Made by a program: the position numbers and the translations under genes. Under the pieces are notes generated by a model. It was not told where the DNA came from. It ran no database searches and worked only from the letters and a program-made list of their open reading frames with translations. A stretch of DNA of 64,000 nt from Balanoglossus misakiensis (taxonomy: Eukaryota; Animalia; Hemichordata), in NCBI GenBank assembly GCA_040954595.2, contig CM082576.2, positions 2,950,760 to 3,014,759 on the forward strand, read 5' to 3'. Below are positions 52,301 through 64,000 of this stretch, in pieces. Every line of letters starts with the position of its first letter. The stretch's first letter is position 1.

Positions 52301-54392
52301 AATACTATCTATGGATAATGTAATTTAAAAATTTAAAACAATGTTCGATCATATTCTGTATCAAGCTGACAAACTGTGAGATTGGATTGCTGTCGGTGAC
52401 GACTCAAGGTCTAGCAATCACCAGAAGGAGGGCAAACCTAAATAGATTTGAAAATGGGTTTAATCAAGAATAAATCCATTTACATGTACTATCTTCCAGG
52501 GTCAAACATTCGTGTTTGTGCAATAGCGAAAGCATTACCATGGCTTCGCGTCATTACCGTCCAAAGCAACGCGAATGGAAGTCGTGTGGTAGATTTAAAG
52601 AGGCTGGCTATTGCCATGGAGATATATAATTGCCATGCTACCGAGAACACCTCCATATTGAGCGACGCTATGTTGTCCACCAATGCTGTCTCACGTACAG
52701 CGGATGCAGACACCTGTTGCTTAGTTATTTTGAACGATCCACACACCGGTAAAACGCACGGCCTCTGACCACCAATGACTGAGGATTAATTAATGGGTTC
52801 TATCACCCTGTTTGCTATTTCGCATTAGACCCCTTGTCCAATGAAGAATGGACAAAGCCAATTATTGAGAGAGCGACCTTTTGGAATAGGTATGTGAACT
52901 TGTCACGTGGTATTCAATACTCTTATTCGTAATGTTATGATTTCTAAAGTAACCGTACGCAACAATAACTCTGGCGCGAGCCACATGAAAAGGTCAGAGT
53001 GAACTTGACATGAATCACATCTCGATCACACTGACCCTGCGCGCCTATACTTCTGTTCAGTGCCGTAAAGTTGAATAATCAAATAGCCATATTACATCCA
53101 CAAGTAACATTAAAGATATTTTGCACAGATGACTGCGTGTCGTTTTCATGCCAACGACGTATTATTGGAGCAATATTATTCTTCCAAGATCAAACCCCTG
53201 CCAGGAGCAATCACCTGTCTGTTTCAACTTCTTCTCTAACGACTTTGCACATTTTGGTCTTTTATGATAATTGACACTGTCCCGTATTGCGACTCCGGGG
53301 ACGGGAGATAAACGAGGCCATTAATTGCTCCTGAAAATACCAGAATTTTGATACACTCTAGGGAAAGGAACAACGTTATTATTATTTCGTTTAATTTCCT
53401 CCAACGGGGAGAAATGGTCATCGCATGTCAGAATTGATGACTTGTTGCCATGGCGATGGGAGCACACTGTGCATATAACCGGTAGGGAGTTTAATTGGTT
53501 TTTGCTAAAAGACAAGAACTTCGATTCATAATGCATGCGCTGGGAGAGTCATCTCTTGCAATTGTTCCATCTGCTTGTGATGAGTGGGCGCTGCGCGCTT
53601 GTGGAGTAACGGTCACTAACCGTGACGGCTATGTTTTACGCTCAAATTAAAATGTCCTTATTTATCTATTCTAAGAATTAAAATATTGCGCGATTTGTAC
53701 ACATTTACAGTCGTTCACATTCATTCTCCCTTTTGGCACTACACAATGAGGAAACAAAAGTCGTACAGTTGCCAAACCAGTGGGCATCGGTGAGAAAATT
53801 ATGAACGCGCCTTGTTTCTGTTTTGTCTGCCCAAAGTTGATCGCTTTACTTCTGTTTCAATGTTCGTGAAATGTTATCCATGAAAGCTCGCCGCGTCTGT
53901 CTTCATTGTCTTACATTTCATCTCACAAATTATAGGGGTTAATGTGATGCATGTGAGTTGTTTAAATTTTAGAAGAATTTAGGAGGACATGTCGACAGCT
54001 CTGAGAATTAAAGGGGGCAGCATGACCCGAAGTGATGAAATCAGTTTCTGCAGTTGTATTCATAGTAATATAGGCTGTAAATCAGTCATTTCAGATTGTG
54101 GGAAATTGCAAAGATAGCGCCAATTGTCGCATATTGGCGTCATTTGTCACAGACAGATGGCAAACAGGGCTTGAGACGGGTGGCTGCCAAGAAATGAGAT
54201 GAGATTAAATGTAGCTGAAAATACTGAGGCATTCAAAGTTTCATATAAATGCAATGTGAAGCATTTCGGGTTTCGCAAGGCAGATATTATTTTCGCGCGT
54301 GCGGGGCAGTTGTATCCGAATGGCAGATGGAGTTTTATTTAAAAACATGTAGCGAAACTGCATATCAAATAAAACGTGAATAACAACACATA

Positions 54393-54432
54393 AGGGAGGA
54401 ACCATTTGATTTCTGGAGGGTGGGGGATTAGG
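54393..54432 (+). mobile_element. Isolated left terminus of the same MITE family as 44933-45110
   Basis: AGGGAGGAACCATTTGATTTCTGGAGGGTGGGGG matches both TIRs of the 44.9-kb copy. No partner end is evident. Confidence 0.55.
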
Positions 54433-57400
54433 GTATGTAAGAAACCACGCACAGGATCACCGAAAACGTGCAATTACTCATCATAGCCAGCAAATATTGT
54501 GCCGAATTTGGCTATTCATCCGTAAAAACTATCGATCTGTCGCGAAAAATGTGAAATATGCGTGATGATTTTCTATCAGGTTCGTACGAAGGGAATTGAT
54601 GTAGTTACATGCGGTGACTACATGGGCGTGTAGTCATACCAGCTTTTTTCACACGTATCGCTTAAGTATAAGAGCGGAACCAGCTGAAATAGATTTGTAT
54701 TTATACTCATATTGATGAATAGTAGGCTGACATTTTAATAGATCTCTCGTCGTTGTGTTTGTCACTATTAATCGTACTTTCCATGGTCTGCGTGTTAAGG
54801 TATTAAACGTTGAGGCAATACATCAGGTTAATACATGTATTGATGGTTTGTTTTACGTTATTCCCAGGTTAACCCCAACGTAATTTAATCGACATACGCA
54901 TTATCTAGCGAGAAAGGAACCGGACGTTCGATAACCGCCATAGTTTCATTGTTAATCACTAATTATTTCACGATAACATACTATGCAAGTCACTTTCGAT
55001 TTTGCCGTGAAAAACACAGCGTTCTTGCTACATGCGCGTACTGTAACCTATTTCTTGGGGTTCAACTAATATTTAACTTTCAGTAGCCCGCAACATTCAA
55101 CCAAGTCATTGTCATTGCTATTGAAACATAATCCGCCAATAAGTCAAGGTTACAAAACGGTGGAACAAAAACATTGACTTTATTCTAACAAAATCGTCAG
55201 AGGATCCCGTTGTGACCGAAAATCGCCGTTGATTAAAACGAGATTACCTTTAAATTGACAGACATTAAACCGAAATGTGCGCATATTGTCATTTAGCATA
55301 CCAAATCGCCCATGTTGCCAATAAATTCTGAGTCAGCTCAAATGAAAAACACGACCAAGAGGCATTATTATACCGTTTCAATATTATTTGCGCAGCTAAG
55401 CCCCGTGGTGGTTTAATTTTGATGAATTTAACTTAAAGAAATCACATTTTTGGAAAAGGATGCTCATGGGGTTTCTTTATTGACGCATTTAACTGTCAAA
55501 TTGTCTGGCGTTATCACATTAATATAGTTGATTTTTAAAACAAGCCAGTGATTCAGTATGTCCACGTTCCGAAGTGACATTTCCAGTTATTTTGTCTTTG
55601 CAAAAGAAATTTAATAACCGAGAGAATCGTTACCTATTGGCAACAAAATACTTATACGGATTTACGCAAAATTCGTGTAGCTGAAAACAGTCGCTATGAT
55701 CGAGACCCAACTATTATTTCTCAGATCATACAATGACATGTGTTATCCTCTACATGGTGTGTGTGACGTCGCCGAATTCTGATCACGCATATAATATAAC
55801 GAGCCAGATGTGAATCACAAGTACCACGATTGGAACTATTTTGGGATAATTGCATGGTAATAAACACTGTAAAACTCTCAGCACAGTAATGTAGCCTACA
55901 CACTCGTCATATTTATCATTTTGTTTTGCTTTGTTTTGGTGAAACAATCACAGAAATACCACATTCTCCTCAAGTACACGTTTGTACGCATTTTATCGGT
56001 ATGCGATTATAGTTCCAATCGTTTCTGAGTTTTGAATAAAAACTCATGTTTATACGCAAATGAACAGTCAATTAACACGCTGACAATGCTAACTGTCCAA
56101 AACATTAATACAAATAAATACCCAGTATCGCGAACGTTTCGCCTGGTTATTATACTGGTCTAGTATATGCCAATATGCGAGCTGAAAAGGGCGGACTCTA
56201 AACCAGTTCAACTTAAGATATACATGTATGATTAAATATAGCAAATGATGGCTGGACCCCGAAACATTATCAATGCAGTTGGTCAGTACTACATGGTTAG
56301 GTATCTTAGTGATGATATAATAACTTACTTCACAGTCTTCATGGATTGGGTCTCCCCTACACCGAATGACGTTTGCTCGATGGCTCTTCGAGACCGAACA
56401 ACTACGTTGTGCTGTCCTCCGTTCGTCGGTCAAATGCTAATGAAGATGTGCTGGTACGGTTTAATACTACGCATTGGAGGGTATCGATTGTCTGGGCCAG
56501 CGCCTCATGCGTTTTGTTTTTCGGAGCCTGCAATAAAATCATCAAAGTTTGTGATTAACGGCTATGACCTTTTCTCATTGCCCCCCAATTCCTGTATGGG
56601 ACAAGTATGGTACTAAAAACCATAGTCTACATACATGGGCGTCCTTTTGTAGCATTGTCTATGGATAGTAAGGGGACAACCGACTTTTGCATCAGGGGAG
56701 GGCCTTGAAATGTGAATAGTTTATCGACGTCATATTACACAGCTTCCCCACCCCACTCAAAAGGGCATGCAACATTTCCATTACTCATAATACATTTGGG
56801 AAATGTTTGCAAATGGTAACACGACAACCCATATTATGAAAAGGGTGGGGCCGAAATCAAGCGTATCATTCAATCAATCCTTTAAATTAAATTTCAAACA
56901 GAGTTATTATTATCCATTCAAAATCTTGTGTCTAATAATTTGCAAGAGTGGTTAAGTTGTCCTTCGTGCATACTGAATAATCACCAGCTAAGGCAACACT
57001 CTCACACATCGAAGGTGGAGATCAACGAACTCATGTTTTACAACCAAGCATAAAGCCATGTATTGGTTGGGGGGTTGTGTGTGTGAGCCTCATTACCTGT
57101 GTTGACGCGGTGTTGCAATCATGAGTCGAACTACAATTTAGAATCCGCGGTTTGGTTGTCGGATACGCTGAATTGACGTTCGTTCAAATGGTACTTCTAT
57201 CTCGCCTGCTCTCTAAGTGGACAGGAGTGCAATGCACTCTGACTGGCGTGTCAGCTGTCAAATTCTTACATGTGTTGAACTCCCCTTTGTTTACGAAACC
57301 CTAGTTGTGTTTACGAAATCGTCGTTGGCGTGAACATACTGACCGCCCAGATTCCGAATGGATCAAGTAGTCTTAGCCTGCGATATTGCCGTTTACTTGT

Positions 57401-57482
57401 ATCGCTTAGACTGAGCTTCAAAAGATACTCGAGTGTCCACGGCAACGTGACCGAGCCCCTCGATAATCTAGATGTTACAATT

Positions 57483-57497
57483 GGGGGGGGGGGGGGG
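57483..57497. repeat. poly(G) tract, 15 nt
   Basis: Read directly from the sequence. Confidence 0.9.
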
Positions 57498-60400
57498 TGT
57501 ACTCAGGAAAAAGTAACGCCTCAGGCAAGCTCATCGCCGCCCTTTTTCTATTTGCTTGTCAGGCTTTGCTAAACGAAACACACGGAGTAGTAAAAGCCGT
57601 ACTCTTACCCATAACATAAATTATGATACATTCCAAAAGATTTTGGCCCACATACCATGCTGTGCAACTTAACTGCCACGTTAGTAAAGTATATCAGGGT
57701 ATATGTGGCAGGGTTTTGACGAGTACGTAAATCGACATGTGAATTTAAAAGTCTCACTTTAAAGTTAACCTAGACATACACAGCTTGGGGCCTGATAGTT
57801 ATATTGTCCCCCACTTTATTTTTGTTTTGTTTTGTCGTTGTTTTCGATGCATTTGAGAATCAAGATTTCAGAGCAAAGATGTCGTACCCAGTGTGCCGAT
57901 AGACTATTTTGTTTGAAATCACATTCAACTACAAAAATTGCTGCAAATGGTATATCGATATAAAATTGTGCAAGTACAACACCTGTCGAGACACAACGCA
58001 CGCACCACTGCAGACATCGCCCACGAGGTTGTAACTTTTAAGACATATCGCCGGCGGGCTCTCGTTTATCAATGCGCTCAACGAGACCTAAATGCGACCA
58101 TATCTTTTGATGGTGAATTTTGTTTTGCCTCTTAAAACAATTTAAGCCATTTCTTGTTTTTTTTCAAAGTACCCCGCCGCTTGTTTTCTTGGAAATGGCG
58201 TCTAGTCGCCATTATCACAACGGCAATTCCAAATTGATTCATTGGTCTGATGGGTCGTGCTTGTCGCGAGGAAGACGATCAGTCACGTCAGACAACGATA
58301 TCTTTAAAATGATTTAAGAACGGCGGTTAAGAAGGATACGAGATTTCAGTACATCTTTTGAAACGCTGGCAGATCCCTTCAATATTGCGGGGATAATCTT
58401 ACCAATATGATTTATTTAGCAGTGATTAATTCCGTTATTTTGTCAAAGATTATCCGTAGGACGAGCGAGTATTTTCTCCCGCCTGCTTGGATTTCGAACG
58501 CAGAGTTAATTCTTTTGGACGGATGGGGATATGTAACCGGAAAGTTCAAATTGACGAAGTTTCTGTCCAACTCAGCAAATTCCGACCTTCTTCCGAATCA
58601 ACAATTTCAATTCAATAAACAATTAGCTAAATCCTGTAAATTATCCCCGTTGTTAAAACCGGGGTTTCAAGCAAACGACACACCAACCGCCCTCGCAATG
58701 CACTTTCCACACGGCTATCAGATGTTCCATGAAAACAATCCTTCTTACTAAAAGTCGTAAATTCACCTCAGAATATCGATGATGAACGATGAGGGATTAA
58801 CATCAACATAGCCGGCAGTTTACCGACCAAAATGCCTCTATGTATAACAAGATTTATGGCAAAATTACGGGCAAAAATTGTCGTTATGAAACGCACGCAC
58901 TGACCCAAAAACGATAGTTATTTATTAGCTAATGGCGTTTATCCACCCCAGTACTACTTTGCCCACTAGGTAACGACATAGAATTATCTAACAAAAGAAC
59001 TGTTAACATTTGTATCATTTATAATATTTGATGGCCAATAAAAGTGTATCTGATAAAAATGGACGACAATGTAAGTGACTCTACGCATGCCCTAGTTTAT
59101 CCGACCCCATGTTGTTTCATTTCCCGGAGGGATTGTGAGCATTGTCTTCAGTTTAGTAACAGCGATTGAAAAAAAAATGTTTCTTCATAGTCTTTAGCAT
59201 AATTCCGATTCCAAAGCAACTAGACAAATCCACAGTTCTTACATTTGACTTTGCAATGTACCATTTATAGGATCAAGACAAACGACGTGAATTTTGATAA
59301 TACGGATCAAGGGGTTAAAGGTTAATCAAAGAGAGCCCAGGAGTCTCCTAAAACGGGACCATATCATTTGGCATGTTTGACCTTCTGGGAACCGCGGAAT
59401 TGCAGTGACTGAACAATTCGATTCCCAAATTACCGATTTCATTTGCAGTCAATCAACTGGGTAAACAAGGGATTTTGATTTATCAATGCGCGCCACGGGC
59501 CGACTGATGGGTCGCGGTGGATTCTGCGAATCAAGCGCCTTGGAGCGCTTCACCAACAATTACTGTACGGCTATCATGTTTGTTAAGGACGAGAAGAAGG
59601 CACTGGGAAAGTCAGCGGGAGAACTGCAACACCTGACAATATTTTTGCGCGGCGTAGACATGTCCGCAGAAGCGTCATTACAACAAAGTAAACATGCTTA
59701 TATTTTTTCAGGAGTTCAAGTCACCCTGCGCGGTGACTGACAGTGTCATATGTAGACAATAGTTCACCCTGGACACTGCACTGTTCCGGTTCCTGCATGT
59801 GCGGGAGTCAACGTGTGCGGACTCTCGCTTGCGCGACGTGATAAAATAAATGTACCAACATACGTTTTCAGACAAAAACACACACGAGACGGAACATGCC
59901 GGTGGTGTACTTTTGATACTGTCACAGTGTGCTTGCTGACTTGGGGGTAGATATCATCTCGACGCCGATAATGGCACGTCAGCGCACGTGGACTTTTCCA
60001 CGCACGCGTAGTAGAAAGAGCTTCTAGAAAAGTTATAATTTTGGGGTCCTTCTTAAGTCTTAATTTAATGCATATTCTTGTCGAGATTTCTGTAGAAGAT
60101 CTAGAGAATTAACTCTCTCTCTCTTTTCATTCAAAACCATCGTTGCCATCGTGGGAACATGCGTTGTCATCGGAGAGTACATGGTCACGGTTCAACCGGA
60201 AGGCGATTCAAAACACACGATACAAGATCCTACAGATCCGCTCGAGTTTCCAGCATGAAAGAAACATCCCGTGAACAAGTCGCCATCCGTCTGACGAATG
60301 TTTTCATTGATAAACCGAAATGCGCGCCGAATGATACAGGATTGACGCAAGGAAGAATTTCAGTTCCGTGGAGATGGCTTTGATGTTAAAGAATATCACG

Positions 60401-61091
60401 TTTCTAATTTCAGACGGGTTCAAAGGTCATGGAAAGACGAGACGAAAGCTGAAAACAACGCGATATTTGCATTTCTAAATGCTCTTTAGATGGCGAAGAT
60501 CATGCAGATGTTATGTAAATGTTAGTCAGATACGAGACTAACGATACGTCTCGCCGTTAACCTAGTCTATATTTCGGTCTCATTTTCACGTATACACTCT
60601 TCTGACAAAAAAATCTACTATGCCTACGGAAACTGAATATCACCATCGTGAGCAATATTCTACAAAATCTGACAAAAAACCCTGCGAGTCTTACCTCTCT
60701 CAATGTGTGTATAATTAATCGCAATCAATCCTGAGTGAATAGACCAAGGCATTGCCCTCGCATGCGAAATTCCACCCAGTGAAAAATCCATTGATCTTAA
60801 AAAAATGTTTGCCGGCCATAGCTACTTAATTGGAAAGGAGCTTTTAATTTATTGAAACCCTGCGCTTACTTTGAATTGCATAAGTTGTTGATCCTTCAGG
60901 CAAACCTAGAAGTTTAATAAATGATGTTCCTCACGTCTTCTTTATCAGTAACTATCAATATAACGCAAGTCTGCTTCGTGTGTTGCTTACTTGATATATC
61001 ACTTGATTATACAAGCTGACGTTCCATTACTAATTTTAACACAATCGATAAGCTCTTTGTAGTTTATTGGTTGGTTAAATAAATAGCTTGC

Positions 61092-61117
61092 ATGTATGTA
61101 TGTGTGTATGTATGTAT
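61092..61117. repeat. Short (ATGT)n/(GT)n microsatellite
   Basis: ATGTATGTATGTGTGTATGTATGTAT. Confidence 0.75.
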
Positions 61118-62779
61118 CTAAGAACCGACGCAACTGTTTTGTGCATGGACTCCATGGAAAGTTGTAATCATTGGTCCAGCTGTTTTGGTCACAACTGTGC
61201 AGTTAGAAAAACGAAAGAAGCTCTAGCAACCATGTAAGCCTATTTTATGCATGGCTGTTGTAGAACAGTGTTAATATTGTGTCTTCAGGCGTTTCATAAA
61301 AAGGTTTATGTAATTTGAATCTTGGGAGTAGTGCACTTCGTATGACCCTCAGTGCGAGCAAAAGAATCTTCGTCAATCCTGTGAAAGATCACGCAGGTTT
61401 TTAGGGTCCACGTCCATCATTCAAATCACACGCCTTTCACCAAGCCACAGAAAGCCAATCCTCGGGATTTTCGACGCCTTTACTGGACAGATCGCGTGAT
61501 AGCGGTTGTCGAAAATAGCTCTTCCCAGCTAAACGAGCCCAAAGGAAATTCTTTCAACTAAAAGGTCCCAGCTTCTGGCATTAGTTGATGTGTGTTTTCT
61601 CGTTAACAATTTGTCACGGGTTTTAAAGCCTAACATTTTCTCTGTCCGTCGGGGCTGACTCATCCTTGCTTTTAAAGTCCCTACTTAATTCTACATTTTT
61701 ATCTGACAGGAAATTGACAAGCCAATAACGAGCAATCTTCACGCCCACCAATGCAGAAATCAAGGGCTGGAGAAGGGGGCCTTTAACAAAGTACCTCGTG
61801 TGCGGATTCTCGGCCAATAAGGATCAAGGATAGCCTTACCTCGAGCACATGCGCAACAGATGTTGGACAACTGGAACATCGGTTTTCAACGTCTATCAGA
61901 AGAGCGACTGATCAGGTGGTGGTGTCCAGACAGCATGAATTGTTGTCTGTTATTACTGCGAAGAGGGTCATCTTTTATAAATGCAACCTGGAAGGAAACA
62001 CAAATATTGCGACTGAAAATATGAAACAGTACACATTTGACTTCGATAACCTAGCTAATCTAAAGCAAACATTTACCTATTAGTCTAAAGTCACATTATA
62101 CGCGACAGGCTTGTGAACAAAGTTCCCCACTCCCTGTTACAATGAACACTCAAAAGCATACTGCGCAGCGACGTTACGTTTTACTCTAGGACGTCTTTCT
62201 ATTTGTGCAGCACGTCGTTATTTGTCTGTCTCTGTCGACATGCGTACGTGGACAGACAAATTGATTTCGGTGAAATCAATTTTATCACAACGGTTATTTT
62301 AGCAGCCCAAAGGGCAGCTGTGTATGTATCGGATAGTTTTTTTGAGCGAACATCGGCAGTCATACGATCTTGGCGTCATTTGAGCGAAGTGAATTCGACA
62401 CTGGTTTTTCAACGGCAAGGGAAGACAATAGCTTGATTCAGTACGGTCTGCTGACCCGCTCGCTTCAGTCTATTTTCGGGGCCCCGGCTATTTTAAACTG
62501 TCCAAATCTCTCGACCGAGAACGTTCACAGAATTAACGCAAATTAAAAGCCACTCGCGGAGCTTTCACGCGCATTTACCAGCGATCGTACATCATTTACC
62601 AGATGGAAATTAAAGTTCCGGGGGTCACATGGCACGGAAGGAAACTACAAATACGTGCAATAAAAGCAACAGGATCCAAAGTCAATCTGTGGATATTGAT
62701 GGTGAAAGAGTCGAAATGTTGACTCAGATTCCTTTCATTTTTGTTCTTTCAAGAATTACCTTTCATAATCAGCTCAATG

Positions 62780-62804
62780 ATATATATATATATATATATA
62801 TATA
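62780..62804. repeat. (AT)12 microsatellite
   Basis: Read directly from the sequence. Confidence 0.95.
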
Positions 62805-63744
62805 CACGGGGTTCCCTATGCCTTGACATATACCTAATTTACAGACTCCCCGAACCCCCCTTTTTTCCTTCAATTGCTACGTTTTAATATTTTAGACGAA
62901 ATGAGTCGTTTGTAACAAAGACATCAGACACCGTTTACAGTAACGGTTTGATAATTGGAACATGAATGCATTCGACCATACATTCTGGAATTGACATTAC
63001 AGCTGCAATATTTTCCTCTGCACACTTCAGTTGTGTCTTTCCGTCACACTTGCAAGACTTTCGGGCTGTAAATCTGAAATTACGGACAGCTTGGCCTGCG
63101 TGGGACTGTGATACAAATCATATGTCACAGGCCATCCGCACTAGACTGGTGGTATCCCATCATTCACAGTGTTATGTACATGTATACTATAGTGGAATTA
63201 CTCTAGTCCTTCACGATTGACGTCATGTATGAGATATGAAAGCAAAATGTGTCTCAATTGTTGTCACCCAAGCTTTCGGCACTATCATTTCTGGGAAAAT
63301 ACACTCTTGTCTCTAACTTCAATTCTGCTATCTTCTATTACAAGCTGAAATGTTACAATTTACTTTATATGAACATTTCTTCGTCCTTGTAAAGATGGCG
63401 ATGTTTCGGTGGCGAACCTGTTCGCTTATTGCAACGGGTTCAGCTGCTGACAGCAATGTCAAAGGTCAGTGCACGATTGATTGATACGGTCTGACAAATG
63501 AACATCATAACTTTAAAATGATCGTGTGGTAGGTTTACCGGAAGGGCGGCCATAAACGTATATGCAAAATGTTCACTGTTTAATGACTTCTCCCTTAGGG
63601 GAAAACCATTTCACAGTTAATGGTGAAAATGATGAATGAAATAATTTAAAGTTGCGCCGAACAATTTTCGATGGGTAATCTTAAAAAAGATCCATACGTC
63701 TTATAGCGTATAATAAAAAGCTAAATTCACATGGATAGTCTGCA

Positions 63745-63806
63745 GCTGCATGAATATTAATAGGCTTATGCAAATTAATGACGTACCCGGCGCTAATTAA
63801 TGGCCT
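63745..63806. promoter_or_regulatory. POU/homeodomain motif cluster (candidate enhancer)
   Basis: ATGAATATTAAT (63750), octamer ATGCAAAT (63768-63775) overlapping TAATGACGT, and TAATTAAT (63794) all fall within about 60 bp. Confidence 0.3.
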
Positions 63807-64000
63807 TAGAGGCACTAAACGTAGCTTATTTTACAAACCACAAATTTGCGATAACATATTCCCGTGAAATTTGGTAATCTCGAGACCACGTTATCGAATA
63901 TCGTGAGCACTTGTCCAACCAGCCTCAACAACGGACCTTGTGGTCGATTTTGCCCCGTACATTAACACACGGCCAATAAACCAACGCGTGGGAGGTACTT

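Noticed and set aside
56245-56616. 123-aa ATG-initiated ORF
   Set aside because: There is no recognisable family signature, and an antisense ORF of similar length overlaps it.

Overview
This is eukaryotic, metazoan-like DNA, roughly 40% GC by eye, with CpG not depleted. It is essentially non-coding: no ORF in the track is a recognisable intact gene, and the longest ones are mostly microsatellite translations. The repeat style suggests a marine invertebrate, possibly a deuterostome such as a hemichordate, echinoderm or amphioxus; this is inference only. The window reads as a gene desert or very large intron with many homeodomain, bZIP and nuclear-receptor motif clusters, a few microsatellites and short transposon relics. 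The best-supported non-trivial features are: (1) an intact-looking first coding exon of a KolX/P2X7-ballast (Nanor-like) protein at 11526-11752 (-) with a canonical donor and an upstream CRE; (2) a TTAA-flanked 424-bp element with a decayed THAP-like start (24515-24938); (3) a solo-LTR-like segment (32312-32756); (4) a MITE with TIRs and 5-bp direct flanks (44933-45110); (5) a frameshifted SAP-like relic (49252-49374). I found no rRNA, tRNA, CRISPR array or prokaryotic system. I cannot support a claim of a complete novel system; the leads below are hypotheses to test.
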